A stretch of 64,000 nt of DNA from contig NC_043001.1 in assembly GCF_006345805.1 (NCBI RefSeq), forward strand, positions 10,354,001 through 10,418,000, given 5' to 3'. Within the stretch, counting starts at the first letter, position 1. Every line of letters begins with the position of its first letter. A program made the translations under genes and the position numbers. A model generated the notes under the pieces. That model made no database searches. It was not told the DNA's origin and saw nothing but the letters and a program-made list of their open reading frames with translations. This stretch comes from Octopus sinensis (lineage: Eukaryota). Shown piece by piece: positions 14,471-29,494 of the stretch.

Positions 14471-15432
14471 ATAGGTGGTGTTTACACGTGTCTGATTTTG
14501 ATAGATGCGTTTATATATATATATATGTAACACACACACACACATGCATATATACATCCACTTTGTTGTCAATAATCAAAAGTGAATAAGTTCTTCAACA
14601 TATACGAGATATATCTTTTAACATTTTTCCTGTGATATCATTATATTTTATCACATTTAAAATTTTTTGAATTTATTTCTCTCACTTCTCCTCTTCCGTG
14701 TACCTCCTCTTCATCTTTCTCTGTTTTCTCCTCCCTCTTTCTTTCATTCTCTCTCTCTCTCTCCTCTTATTTTAAAGTATATACAAAGTTGAAGCCGTTG
14801 CATACACTTTAGAATGATTTGTGCATCATAAGTACATTACATAGAACAGCTATGTAACTGAGAGTTGAGTAAAGATTTCTTTTGAAGACATAATGGTAGT
14901 AATAAAATAGTTATGGGGAAGAGAAAGATCAGTGATGACCTGATCATTAATGGGATTTGTTGTTATTTTTATCTTTCAGCATGATATTTCTTATGCTGTC
15001 CTTTACTCAATGATATCTAAATTTTGTCATGTTGATCTTAACTTTGTGAACTCCTAAATCAATTAATGACGCAACAGCAAATATAATGGAAATGAAACGT
15101 ACTTAATATATACAATATTCTATAAAAGTTGGAGTAATTAACATTTCAGGTAGTTTTAAAAGTTTGAAAGTAATTACATTCTAAGTAGAAGGTATTTATG
15201 TTTTGTCAGCTGATTTCGCCCCCCCCCCACTCCATTTGCTAGGACTTATGTTGTTGTTGTTTAGTTTTCAATCAGGTTTGACTGTGCAGACTTGTAATAA
15301 AACTTGTTCTGGCTATGACCATAGGGTACTGCATGTCTATGACCACATTTCCCAATCTAGTTCTGAACATCTAATGAGTCTTAACCTTTCCAAGAAGGTA
15401 GTGTAACTTGAGGGATATTTAGCTATACATAC

Positions 15433-15472
<40 letters not shown>

Positions 15473-15488
15473 CTATATCTATATAATG

Positions 15489-15538
<50 letters not shown>

Positions 15539-18500
15539 CAGAGAAAGAGAGAGAGTGTGTAGGGAGAGAAGGCGTTCCATTATTGTCAAGCACCTTTGTT
15601 GTCTCTTTATCAAACGTGTGTGTATAGTGTATGTGCTTGGTGAAAAGGTCATTTTGCTAATAATAAATACATGCACTGGTTTTATTTGATTTATCATTAA
15701 TCAGCTAGTTATCTAATTAACCAGTTCATTAATTGATTAATCATATGATCAATCATTTAGCCGGTTTGTCAGAGTTCTTTCAATGCCATTCACAACTTCA
15801 TCAGTGACATACTGTTTATAACTATACACATGTACGCATACACTGTTTATAAATATACAATTATATATGCTACAAGTGGATTTTTCAGTTGATTAAACAA
15901 GTAGTTTGATACTCAGGGGATCAATTGGTTATATAAACTCAATGGAATTAATCAAAAAGGCAGGGAAAGATAGGTATTTACTATCACTTGTCTTGTTTCT
16001 GCAATTACTTCTACAAAATTCAGTAAATGAATATATATAACCAGCCATGGAGGAAATAAAGCTGATTACCTAAAGAATATGTGGAACATGATGGAAATGT
16101 CTCTATTAAGGATAGCTGGGGAAAAAATTATCAAACATCTCCTGAATTCATAATACAAGTCAATGGGATAGCCTGTGTGGTTGCTCAGCCTGTGTGGTTG
16201 CTCAGCCTGCTAGAGTTAGCAAGCAAGTCCCCAAATTACATTCTACTGTCTTGAAAATAGGACATTTTTGATCAATAATACATTAAAAGTCAGTTTGAAA
16301 CTTGCTTGCTTGCTTGCAATGTTACCCAGCCAAACTGGAGCATAATGGGAAAATACTATGAATTAACTCTACCCTGAAATCTTATTACAAACGGAATGAA
16401 ACAAGTTTTGCATAAATTGAAGCAGTAGTTATTGAGATATTCAGGGTTTAAAGGGATATAAATACCCAAAACGGGGCATAATGGGAAAATGTTCCAAATT
16501 TAACTTTATCCCGAAAGGGAAGAAACTCTAACCTTTCAATGTCACATTCTTTGAAAGCATGTGAAATAACCTGGAAAAGAAAAACTCCACAAAACAAAAC
16601 TCTGTTGCTGGGAAACTCAGAGTTTCAATGTGACCCAACAGGTCATGGATAGTCTAGAAATGTATATATAGATAGATTATATTTGAAAAAGAGATGAGAT
16701 AATTATGGTTACAATAGGTTTGATTATATGTTTGCTAAGTAGAGGCTAATCTGTAACAGCAAAGAAAACTTGTGGTAAAATTGGGTTAGTGTCTCATTAG
16801 GTAACAGTAATTCTTCAAAGCACTGATTGTATTTAATTAACTGCACAGTCAATGTGTTACTTGTTCTTGTATTGAAAGCGATCTCTAAATCCTATTTCAT
16901 TAGTTTCAAATTTATTTTGGATTTAAATTTAGAAGTACCATATATAAGGAAAAATAAAAGTCAAGCCATCATTTACATTTTTATTTCATATAACATTAAA
17001 AAGCTAAGTAGAAATAATAATGCAGTGGTGGATGTGGATGAAACAGTGTTGTTTATTTAACTATTATCATTTGAGTCATTTTGGGTGTTACAGGGGGACA
17101 AATGCTAACTTCCTTCAATCTTATAATCTCAGCAACAAAGCATGAACTTCATCATACTTATGGAAGGACCACTAAGTAAATGTATACTGGTTAGTGTTGA
17201 AAAGAAGAATTTGTTCAGATAATAAATTACTGAGATATCATTTACACGATAAGATGAAAACATATTCAGAGCACAGCATTTGCCAAAATAATTAAAATGA
17301 TATTATTTAATGGCTAAAATTGTATTTTTGTTCCTGTATTATTAATTGCTGTTAGCTTTAATTCCCCTTGCATTATGTTATCACCAATATAGCAATTTTT
17401 CAGACCTAATAACTTTTCATGATAATGTAGAGTATAAATGATGCTTACAATTATCAAATAAGAATTTATTTCAGGCAACATTCTTGGTGAATTAAACTTT
17501 ATTTTGAATACTAATTTTTCACATTGTCATTTATCACAAAGATTTGTATTTAGTTTCAAAAGAAAAATATTTTATACTAATGGTATATTTGACAATACAT
17601 TTTGGTGAGTGTTAATATTAATGTGCATACCACATTAGCAGTTGTTCCCCAGTCTTTCACTGAAGGCTTCTATCTCAGCAAGCATCAATCTATAATCATC
17701 ATAGTTTCCCCCAATGCATACTCAATGCATACTCATACTCCTTCCACAGCAACACAGATGGTACTCTTATTAAATATCTTGCTACACTGAACTGCCTGCA
17801 CCAATTTGTATCTTTACCTACTTATATTCTTGACACACCCATTGAACTTACTTTCAACCTTTAACCAGCCATCACTGTCTCTGAGTACATTTCATTTTCT
17901 TGCCATTCATCTTCTTACTTTTCAACACTTGCACTTCTGTCTAGCTTGTCAGTTGTTTTCTAACTAACCTCAGCAGCAAATACACTGCTGCTTTAATTCA
18001 TCCAAGATGGTCTAAGTCACTGACTGGCACCATTCTTATAGGTAACCATACATCCTTTACACAGCTGAAGCTCACAATCGCTTTTGCAGCTGCATTGTTT
18101 TTGTTAAGCTGAAGAATATTTCATACAATACCCACAGAAAACCATTTACCAACAACTAAGAATTGCTTATCTCTGTGCACAACATTTTCAAAACAACAGA
18201 TGCAAAAGCAAATAATGTCTTCATGCATCACACAAACCTCCAAGCTTTTTCACCTCCCAAATTGCAATCAGTCAATCATTAACTTTTTAAAATGGTCCAA
18301 ACCTTGACTTTCTGCATTCGGCAATTCTAATGCACATCTTGGTTCTGTTATGTACCCTGTACTCTTTCTTCTGGATATTGATATGTTACCATTTCTATTC
18401 TAGCTCTATTACTCCCATAAGAAAGATGCTACTATCTTGACTATTATTTCTATAAGAATGACACTAATGCTAACTCTTCCTCAACTGTCTGCATGTACAT

Positions 18501-18912
18501 AGTTTTCAACATTATAATACTCTCCCACAACCAATGAACAAAGATGTTTAAAATTTCCTCCTCATACTGACAAATTGGTGTCCTTTAAGATACAAAAAAT
18601 ATCCAGATTATCCAAGAAACGATCTTGTACTAGACTTGCCCTTAACATTTCTAAAATGGCAGTGCTCATGAGCTTTAAACTCTCATCGATGTCACATATA
18701 TAACTTTGCCAAATTTGTGTTCCAAAGACTAGAATTTATCCTCAGCCAGAAACTATTGCAGCCTCCGTTATTTGCTATGGTATACTCAAGCACGACGCAC
18801 ATGAATGGGACTGTTGCTGTGAGACACATTTGCACACATGTAGTCATTCCACATACAAATGAAGGTTGCTCAGCTGAAAGGCAAAGACTTACTTGTCTAT
18901 ATATAACATACA

Positions 18913-19143
18913 GAGGTGGCGAGCTGGCAGAATCGTTAGCACACCGGGCAAAATGCGTAGCCATATTTCGTCTGCTGTTACATTCTGAGTTCAAATTCCG
19001 CTGAGGTCAAGTTTGCCTTTCATCCTTTCAGGGTCGAAAAATTAAGTACCAGTTACGCACTGGGGTCTATGTAATCGACTTAATCCGTTTGTCTGTCCTT
19101 GTTTGTCCCCTCTGTGTTTAGCCCCTTGTGGGTAATAAAGAAA
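18913..19143 (+). mobile_element. SINE F2
   Basis: Full head, body and tail. Confidence 0.8.
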
Positions 19144-20926
19144 CATATATACAACATTGGCTTACTCATGCCACTTCTCACTTTGGTTCTTACTGTATCT
19201 ACTACCCTACACCTTAGAACTTTAGTTTATCTAATGCACCACTAATGTAGTTCATCCTATCAGGGCTACATAAAACCTTCTGGAATCTCCACCTGACTTC
19301 CACAATCCTACACAAGTCACAGAAGTTTCAACTGAACATCAACCACACTGATCTCACTAGCCTGGAAAAGCCCACAGGTATCATAAGTTTCATCTCTTTT
19401 TTTCTCCATCTTGATGCATAAAATCCTATTTAGATATATTATAATCATCAATTTTGAAATCTTTTCCACACTGTCAATCTGCCACTGCTATATAAACTTA
19501 TTCTTTCTCTCTGCTATTATCATTTATCACTAGCTTCAACTGTATTAGTTCTGTTTAAATTACTTTGTTCTGGCACTTCCTCAGTATATTTCTTCCTCAG
19601 CTCGTGTCAAGTAACCGCTCCAACATCATTAATTTTATCCTTTATGCTGCATTCATTCTTATCCTATATCGTAGCAGATTCTGCTATTTTTTCATTTCCT
19701 CTCTCCTAACCCTAACCCTAGCCCTAACATCCAGTCACATTAAGTTCACGTTGGTTATTTAGTTCCTTCCTTTCCAACAACAAAACATGGTGTTGCACAT
19801 ATTTATCTATCGTATATCATTCTTTTTATATATACGGAGAGAGAGAGAGACTCTGTCTGCTGTTGCTAAGAAGTGTATTTCTTTACAAACCATTCTGCTG
19901 TTTGTAACTAAAGATGCTTCTGCATTGCTACTTTTCCTTGTCTTCTATTCGATTAGTTTTCCATTCCCTGTGATTATACACTATCAATTGAATTAATTTT
20001 AAAATTTGTTTAGTGCCTTCAACTGACACAAATTTATATCCTAGCACATCATAATCATATAGAGAATCAGTTTCTTAAAAAGATAAGCAGCACTTAGACT
20101 TATTTCAGCAACCTAAATATTTGTTACATACATTTAATAATATATGTTTGTTTTGCTTGCTAACACATTTACGCACACATAGCTATATACACGTTGTGTG
20201 TGATTAATAGCATTACATTGTCTTAGCATTTTTTTCTTCATCGATGCTTCCTATAATGTTCATTTAGACATTGCAAGGAGTGTTATTGAACCACACATAA
20301 AAATAATTATAAGATTCAGATTTGCTTGCTGTTTTCTTAATTAATGCTCGGTTTGAATATTGCCTTGTAGAAATTACAGGTGGTCAGTGTTTGTATTCAG
20401 TATGTGTATAAAATAAAGAGCTTACGCTTATTTTCCAACCAGCACTTTCATTTACACACCTCTACCAAATTTGTATTACATTCTACTTTGTATATTCATA
20501 GATTTCTTTTTTCTTTGATTTTTTTTATACAGTTATGCCAGAAACATTAGTATCATCAGTTCTGTTCTCTCTGCTAATAGATTCATGAATAGTTCATGAA
20601 TGTCTCCATATCTCGTCAGTATCTCTCATATGTGTGCGGCTTAAATTTACAAGATATTATCTATGTCCAATGTCATTATGCTTTACCTTCAGTGCAGTTA
20701 TACACTGCTAGTTTCTCCATTATCCGTCTGTAAATGTTTTGCGAATATATATATATATAATGTCTGTCTCTCTCACATGCAAAAAGCAGGGCAGTGAATT
20801 GGTAGAGTGGTGAAAGTATTGGACAAAATGCTTTGCAGTTTTGCTTCTGTCTAGGTTTTCTGAGTTCAAATTCTGCTATAGCTAACATTGCCTTTCACAC
20901 TTTTGGATTTGATATGATATCAGTAA

Positions 20927-21341
20927 GGCGGCAAGCTGGCAGAAATGTTAGCACGCTGGGCGAAATGTGTAGCTGTATTTCATCTGCCAGTACGTTCTGA
21001 GTTCAAATTCCACCAAGGTCGACTTTGCCTTTCATCCTTTCAGGGTCGATAAATTAAGTACCAGTTACACACTGGGGTCGATGTAATCGACTTAATTCAT
21101 TTGTCTGTTCTTGTTTGTCCTCTCTGTGTTTAGCCCCTTGTGGGTAGTAAAGGAATAGGTATTTCATCCACCGCTGCGTTCTGAGTTCAAATTCCACCGC
21201 GGTCAACTTTGCCTTTCATCCTTTCAGAGTCGATAAATAAAGTACCAGTTACGCACTGGGGTCGATGTAATCGACTTAATCCATTTGTCTGTTCTTGTTT
21301 GTCCCCTCTGTGTTTAGCCCCTTGTGGGTAGTAAAGAAATA
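20927..21341 (+). mobile_element. SINE F2 dimer with 16-bp TSD, inserted in an older F2-like copy
   Basis: TSD GATATGATATCAGTAA at 20911-20926 and 21342-21357. The second unit lacks the head. Confidence 0.8.
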
Positions 21342-21743
21342 GATATGATATCAGTAAAATACCGGGATCAATTCTTTCAATGTCTTTCCTCAGAATTAGC
21401 TCTGCAGGACTGTGAAAAGGTCATGGAAGAGCACTGTAGTGTCAGAAATGAAGAGACTTTCCTGGTCTAATAAAAGTTTAGTGCACTTGCAAGAGGCACC
21501 TATTCTCCCTCCAGGTGGCTGCTTCTGCCATTGATAATAATAATACATATTTAAAGTAATAAAAATCCATTGTGGTGACATACTTCGATGTAAAGTCTTT
21601 TATTAGTTTTACTCATTGGTTGGTACCCTGCTGGGACACTAATTTCGTGGTTTTAGTTTATTAGTACCCCCATACTTGATCTCGTACTGATTTTGTTGAT
21701 TCTTGTTTATCAGATGACTAAACTTCTGTTTTATAACATTAAA

Positions 21744-22110
21744 TACAGTTCTATATTTAAGAGATGCAGAATTATGTACATTATTTACATTTGACAGATA
21801 TTTGTCCTTATCATCTTGTTTGTTGTTAACTCAACGTTTTGGTTGATATACCCTCCAGCCCATGGACATATGGTATAGTGGTTAAGAGCACAGGCTACTA
21901 AACCCAAGATTCCAAGTTCAATTTCCAGGCAGTGACCTAAATAATAATAATAACAAATATTACATCGAAAAAACACCTTAGGAAAAAAGAACCCAGGTTT
22001 GAAATTTCCCCAAGTCACCTGATGAAGGCTGGAGGGTATATCAGCCAAAATGTTGTGTTTAACAACAAACAAGTTCAGGCCAAATATCTGTCAAATGTAA
22101 ATAATGTAAA
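21744..22110 (+). mobile_element. Family A copy preceded by a truncated inverted copy of its 3' body
   Basis: Inverted arm at 21744-21860, head at ~21858-21938, body at ~21960-22110 with ctgatga at 22019-22025. The GAAAC core has decayed to AAAAT. Confidence 0.7.
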
Positions 22111-22699
22111 TAACCTTAAATACAATATAGTATCCATGTGTTTTCGCACAGTTTCCATTTCTCAAATTTCACTCGTAAGGCATTGGTCAATCCAAAGTTG
22201 TTGTAGACATCACTTCTCAGAAGTGCTCAACAGAGTTGAGTGAGTCTATGACTATGTATGTTTGTGAAGTGATTATCTTAATCACACAACCTTGGTTTAT
22301 ATATATAGTATAAAATAGTATATTGTTATATCCGGAATTATTTACATCACATTTCTGTCTAGTATTAGATAATAGATAATATTCATGTGCTTGTGATAAA
22401 AATATTTGGAACAGGATTTTTTTTGATTTTTTTTTACTATAAACTACAAGGAATTACATTACTTTGAAGTTTTGGAAATAAGCAGTTGTAAAGTAAAAAA
22501 AATAAATAAAAACCAAAACACAAGTTTGGAACTTTTTATTTTATTAGGTAAACGTCAAAGGAAATGATAAAAAAAAAATCATGGACAGAACTATTTAGTT
22601 ATGGACATTAATAATTTTAAATGCACTAGGTGTTATGAAATACCAAGCTTTCTTTGTTAAATATGAATGAATAATATATCTATATCACTGTCTATGTTC

Positions 22700-22927
22700 T
22701 GTCTGTCTTTCTGTATCTCTATCTATCTATCTAGCTGTCTGTTTGTTGATCTATCTAGCTATCTATTTCCCTATCTATCTATCTAGCTAGCTAGCTGTCT
22801 ATCTGTCTATCTCTCTGTCTATCTATCTGTTTGTCTATATGTCTGTCTATCTGTCTGTCTATCTATCTGCCTATCTGTCTCTCTATTTGTCTGTCTGTCT
22901 ATCTATCTCTATCTATCTATCTATCTG

Positions 22928-22972
<45 letters not shown>

Positions 22973-23030
22973 ATCTATCTATTCATCTATCTAGCTAACT
23001 AGCTATCTGTCTATCTATCTGTCTGTCTGT
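22700..23030. repeat. (ATCT/GTCT)n tetranucleotide microsatellite
   Basis: Directly visible. Confidence 0.9.
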
Positions 23031-25005
23031 CTCCATCTACCTGCCTACCTGCCTGTATGTATGCATAAATAAATGTGCTGTGTGCTGATACTTATACCAT
23101 CACTATTATCATTGCTTTACTGCCCAACTTCCCATGCTTGCAAAGGCTGGAAGGAATTTAATGAGGCAGATTCTCTACAGCCAAATACCATCATTGTCAC
23201 TAATCCTCACCTGTTTCTAGGCACGGTAATATTTCCTCATGGTATGACAGCAGGTTTCCACAGAATATTGGAAAGGAATGGCACTGTTTGTATGGCAACA
23301 CATTCATTTACGATCATCGCACACTGTCAACAGTCAAGATAAAGAGACACGAACATTCACACACACAAACACACACATAGTAGGTTCCTTTCAGTTTCCG
23401 TCTACCAAAACCACCTACAAGACTTTGGTTAACTCAGGTCTACAGTCAAAGATATTTGCCCAAGGTGCCATGCAGTGGGACTGAACCTGAAATCATGTGG
23501 TTATGAAGCATACTTCTCATCAACACATCCCCACCTCGACCTATAGATGCATATAATTGTGGTGTATGTGTTTGCTATTTTATGCAGCAGATGTTAAATT
23601 TAGTTGTCTTTTATGTTCCAAGTTTGTATCTTGCCAGGCTTTGCATCCCAGATTAACCTGTAAATACCTTCACAAAAACCAGAGATTTTTCACTCAACTA
23701 TATACCTTTCCACTTATAAAAGTTGTAATTGATTAAAAGAAATGAATCACAGAATTTTGTCAGTGAACAGGTTGCGGTCTCAAAGCGACGAAAATATTTT
23801 GACAAATTAAATTTAAATGTTGAAGTGAATCTAATGTGTGTTTCTTAAATGGCTTATAAACACCTTCCATGCTGCAATTGTTTTCGTTCCAGCATACGAT
23901 CTCAGATCAGGTCACTTGCTATGCAAGTACATCTCCGTAATGCTGTATATATTTGCAGCTAAATTAGACACATTAAATGCCCGTTTCAAAAAGGAAGGTC
24001 ACTGAATAGTCAAACAGCGGGTGAACTAATGGAGGAAAGAGAGTGAACATAAGTGATGGGTGCTCATATCTGAGTTACAGGCTGCATAGGCTGTATGCAT
24101 AAACATCAATTAAACACTTCACTAAATAAATCTGCTGTTAGAATTGATTACATAATCATCTCCATAATCTTGAAACAGACTCGTTAATTTGTATGCTATA
24201 TTCTTGTTTAATGACTTGTAATATTTCTTTTGCTCTGTTGAAATTCCAGTGTAAAACTTTCGAAACAAATTGAAAAGATCATGTCAAGCAGTGCTACGAG
24301 AATTTAATATTGTAGATTTTTGTTAAATTGGGATGGAAAACACTGTTGTCACAAATTGTGATATTAGAGTTATAGCAAAAGTAATGATTGTTTATGCGCC
24401 AGAGGCTGTGACATGTCTAAGTGGAAGTTTTTCATTAGATGGGTATAACACTGATTTTATTTTTTCTTCAAGAAATTCAATTATTCTTGTTTCCTGATGT
24501 CTAGTTTGATTTGCATCTAGTACAGTTGTTTGAGTGTAATACGTCTTCAATGTCGAAGCGTTTGCAGTGCACTAATTCTCAACAAGTTCACCAGTCTAAA
24601 ACAATTATCAAACTTTTTTTTTATGTTAATTTGAAGCTCAACGATGAAATTCCGTATTTTCTCTCTGATAGATTAGTTTCAATGAAATTACTTATCTTGA
24701 TAAATCACATGTATCTAATACATAAAACATTGCAGCAATTAAATTATTGGAATTGTCTTTCATTTGATATTTATTTTAACTCCATAAATTGTATAATTCA
24801 GTTGTTCAAAGTACTTGTTGAGGTTTTCATTATCTGCTCATCGCATGGATAGTTTCTTATGCATGCCTTTTGAAGTAAGAAATATGTTGCATGCATTTTT
24901 ATTGCCCCATAATTTGATTACATTCAGTGTTAACTCAGTTTAATCTTGAGATAATTAATTCTAATTGTTCAACAATATTTAGAAGTGTGTGTGTGTGTAG
25001 TAGTT

Positions 25006-25038
<33 letters not shown>

Positions 25039-25714
25039 GAGTTGTATATGTACTGAGAGAAATATTTTTGTACTTTATGAATTTATAAGCAACACACTCA
25101 TACTTTAATGCTCTTTGGTCATTAGAATGTCAGCATTTCTTGGAGAAGTATTGAAGTATATTCTTGTAATGCTCTTGCCATCTTCTTACCCCTCATAAAT
25201 GCCATTCTTATAATTGTCTATTGGAAAATATAAATGATCATCATTATCGTCAATATTTCTCTTTTTTTTTTCCTATATTCCACATTAGAATGTTAGGTGA
25301 TAACAAATTTAATTATTCAAAATAAATGTGAAATATTTATTTGAGGACAATACAAAGTAGTAAAGATAAAACTCTTGTTCTTTGCATTTTATTGTATTTT
25401 CAAATTTACTGTCTTCAACATAGGTTATTACTTTGAAGAAATAAAATATTTTAAAACTTTATTTTTGTTGCATCTTTATAAGCAAGAAACAATAGCATCC
25501 AACTGAATAATTTTTAACATAAAAAGTGATTTGTATATAAAATTTCTGTATATTTTATTATTATGAATTTAGTTCACAGGATTTGGTATTTTGAAGTAAT
25601 CATACTAGAAATGCAGAAATGAGGCAGAAATGGATGTGTGTGTGTGTAGTATTAGGACTAGTTTCCATTTGTTTCTTGAACATAAATATGTGTTTGGTAA
25701 TTTTTGTGTTTCAA

Positions 25715-26125
25715 GGCAACACATTTTACTCCTTGCGTCTTAGTGCCACAATCTTCAAAGCCACAGTCGAACCAATTCTACTATATGGCTCAGAAACCTG
25801 GACGTTATCAAAGAAGCTTGAGAGGCGGTTGAATGGAACTTACACTCGCCTCCTTATGAGAGCTCAAAACCTCTCGTGGAAGTATCATCCAACCAAAGTA
25901 CAAATATATGGAAAATTACCACCTGTATCATCTCTTGTGAAAGGTAGAAGAGTCCAGTTTGCTGGACATTGTTGTAGAGCTGAAAACGAGGTAATTTCTA
26001 CTCTTCTCCTCTGGAAGCCATCTGCTCGCGATACCAGAGGGTGCACACTCTACTACCCTGATGTAATCTCCAGGGATACAGGCATCCAGCAACAGGGCCT
26101 CCGTAATGCTATGATGGACCGTGAA
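25715..26125 (+). mobile_element. RTE-like LINE, 3' ORF fragment (5'-truncated)
   Basis: FKATVEPILLYGSETWTL...YTRLLMRAQNLSW...RRVQFAGHC...LLLWKP matches the post-RT C-terminal region of RTE-type LINEs (LLYGxETW, RxxFAGHC motifs). Confidence 0.75.
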
Positions 26126-26853
26126 ATTCCATTGTCTTGACCACGGTTGAACAATGATGATTATTAGGAAAGGTATGCATGCATAGTTAGCTGTGAAGAA
26201 TTGATGTTATATGTAGGAGAGAGTTTCTCATCTCCTGCAATTATGAAAATTAGAATTGATTTGTTGATCCTTTGGTATTTGTGAGAAATTTTAATAACCC
26301 AAAGTGCTTACTCAATATGAAAAAGAAATTATTAAAACACTTCTGTGAATATTTACATGAAATTAATTCAAATACAAAAGATAGGATAGACATTGCTTGT
26401 GTAACAAAATGCATGAGTTATATATCTGTGGAGTAATATCATTTTTATGGTGGAAAAACTAGTGTGTGATGGTGGGGTAGCCAACAAAACTAAAATAATA
26501 GCTAAGGAATTGCATAATCTCGGTGTTAAGAATTGCTGCTTCCGGTCCAGATGCATTATGAGTTAACCTAATTGAAGACTGTCAGACAAGCATTTACAAT
26601 AAACAGACATTTCCCCTTTTTGATTGCTATACTGAAGAAGTTGAACAGTTTAGCTGAATAAATAGTCATAATGAGAAACATTAAGCAAGAAGAAACCGTT
26701 TTATTAAGCTGAAACTTTCGACCTCAGTGTATCTCTTGCAACTAAGGTACCCCATAATGCAGTTGGACCAGAAGTAACAATATGTAGCAATTGCTAAAAC
26801 TTGGAAATATAACAAGTAACAATAGAAGAAATTCTTCTGCTACATTGCTTTAG

Positions 26854-27073
26854 CCCTTTCGTTACCGTATTTCTGTTGAGATGCTCTGTGTTTCTTTCAA
26901 TTACTTTAAATATAATTCAGAATTTAGTAAAATAACTTAGTTATCATTAAGCTAGAGTTAGGAATATAAATTGTGACTAAGGTTTGGTGGAAAATTTTAA
27001 TTCAAAATTCATGAAAACAAGACATTTGTACTCAGATCCAGAGCCAGTTTCAGCCGGGTTGGTAACAAAAGGG
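26854..27073. mobile_element. piggyBac-like MITE (220 bp)
   Basis: TIRs CCCTTTCGTTACC / GGTAACAAAAGGG, flanked by TTAG (26850-53) and TTAA (27074-77). Confidence 0.6.
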
Positions 27074-27946
27074 TTAATGGCTCTTCATCATATACCAGCA
27101 CAAACTGGAGTTTGTACAAAACTACTTACCTAAATTTTCTTGCCAAATTCCCAGACTCAACTGATCAACAAAAACTCACTCTGCTTACCAACTTCATCTC
27201 GTCTATAATATCCCAATATATTGCTGAAATTTTCCCACTGTTATTGTTATCTTTCCAAGTTTTAACAACCGATTGAATTTTATGCTGCTGTCCTATGCAG
27301 CCTCACCCAGACACAGTAAAGTTTAGTAGGAAACTGTTGGTGTAAATCAAAAGAAATGCTTTCAATCCCTATTGATCAACCCCACTTTTTTTTTTCCACA
27401 ATCCCTTTTGATCGGAATTCCCCCCCCCCTTTTTTTTTCACTCCCTCTTCTTCCCAAAAAGAAAAGCTCTACTCTGTATTTTGTCCCTTCTGTGTTCAGC
27501 CCTGCGTGGCCAATAAAGAAATCTATTTCCTGCTCATATTAGAGCCTGGTGCAGCCTTCTGGCTCACCAATCCTCAGTCAAAACGTCCAACCCAAGCCAG
27601 CATGGAAAGCGGACATTAGACGACTATGATGGTGATGATGATGATGACCTCCTCTTTGAGAACTCATTCTGTGGAAGCAGCTCAGGAATATTTGGAGACT
27701 TACAAGTTATTTCGTCTTCCTCCCAAAGCCCTGTCCATCATTAGTGCAGAAAAATAGTCCTTAGCAATGAAGAGGCTTCTGCTGTTAAGAACAAAGAAAT
27801 TTATAGAAGATTCTGCCTTTGTGTTGGTCTCATCTCTGGCTGCCCTGTTTGTAAAAAGAAAAAGAAATAAGCAGGGCATTAGAAACTGGGGAGAAATGCT
27901 GTTCTATGAGGAGTGGGGTTAAGGGAGAAAAGGGCAAGCATGGAAA

Positions 27947-28344
27947 TCTATTATATAAAATCCGTTCTGTCTGTGAGTGTGTCTTCTAGGATCTCAGGCA
28001 TTCTCCATCCGATTGCGCTCAAATTTGATATATAGATACCGATGGTATCAGGGTGTGTATATAAGTCTCGAAAAAATTACAAAAATCGATTCCAGGTGAG
28101 AATGCAATCAATATTGCCGTGGAAACGTGCATTTGTACGTGCAATAAAATCGTTTTTCTTTGGAATAGAAAAAAGTCTATCTTTATTTCTTCTTTTGCTG
28201 GTGTCTCAAATTTAGGTTAAATCAGTGTTTCTCAAAGGGGAGGCCTATGGAACGGTCGGACAAGTTGTTTTGAGAAAATTTGGTTTAAATGTTTGACAAC
28301 TTAGCACCGTCCATTGGAGGGGGAGGGCGTTTTGCTCGTGCTAG
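27947..28344 (+). mobile_element. Helitron-like non-autonomous element
   Basis: A|TCTATTATATAAAA at the 5' end followed by gttctgtctgt. The 3' end has a weak GGGC-gtttt-GCTC hairpin then CTAG|T. It sits between A and T with no TSD. Confidence 0.5.
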
Positions 28345-28990
28345 TATAAAATTGTATCCATGTCTAGAAGTGTGTATAAGAAGTGAGTGGAATGTGTGTG
28401 TGTTAGTATGTGTTGTGTGTATGTGTGTGTGTGTACAGAAGTGTGCAAGTCTGGAAGTATAATGGCATTGGTTAATGAGGATATTGAGTGTTGGTGAGTA
28501 TGTATAATTTGTTAGGTGAGTGAATTGAAGGGAATATATATGCTGAGGAAGTAGAGAAGATGGCAAGAGTAATGTGAAAGATGTTTTTAATGTGTATAAG
28601 AAAAGTACTTAGCAGTGTGGAAATGCTTTCTTACAAAGAAGGAGGAAACTTGAAAACAGACAAAAATTTATGAAACTATGAAGAGAGTGAATGTCAAAGA
28701 TTTGGTAAAAATTGCACTCAACAATGGTAAATGGTCCAGAGTATATGTTAGTATGGATAGGTTAATGCATGTGTATGCATATCTAAGTATTTGTATATAT
28801 ATTTATGCATATATATATATACATTTATGTTATGAATGTAAGAATATATATGCATACACACAGGCACATATCAAATTAAACACGCCATCAAAAGAGCTTC
28901 TAATAGTTTCATACTATTATGATACTTGAGCAGGCATATTCATAAAATATGCTGTGTATCTTAAAGCAATCTTTCAGCTTCTGTTTATAC

Positions 28991-29039
<49 letters not shown>

Positions 29040-29370
29040 ATAGATATATGTATGGATGTTTATATGCACACTAAAAATGGCTAGAACTTATGGAAGAGGA
29101 AGGCTCAGGAAAATGTTGGACGAAGTAGAGAAGGCCAGCTTCAAGATGTTGAGTCTCAAGTAGATGATACCAGACTAAGATGAAGGGTGATATGCTGCGC
29201 TTTGGAAGACCCATCCATCTCAGCAAAAGTGCAGTTTTCTAAAGCTTTCTCCCACAACTCATCTTCTACAGAAGACATTTGTTCTAAGTGCTCTGCAGTG
29301 GGATCGAACCTGGAAACACGTGGTTACAAGGTGAACTTCTTGATCACCCACACAACTATATCTGTGTTTC

Positions 29371-29401
<31 letters not shown>

Positions 29402-29446
29402 TTGTGTATGTATGTATGTATGTATATATATATGTATGTATGTATG

Positions 29447-29494
<48 letters not shown>

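Noticed and set aside
13426-14589. Long ORFs of 126-341 aa (Y/I/C/V/M or H/T/Y-rich)
   Set aside because: They are translations of TA/TG microsatellite, which lacks stops in most frames. The same applies to ORFs at 29187-29760, 41257-41747, 47712-48037 and 49779-50193 (apart from the mariner part).
17640-19760. Possible very old LINE remnants
   Set aside because: I could not recover a recognisable RT or endonuclease motif.
21858-21938. tRNA genes in SINE heads (also 9408-9480, 48371-48451, 50655-50730, 62425-62503)
   Set aside because: A/B boxes are present but there is no closed acceptor stem or full cloverleaf, and each is fused to a repeat body.
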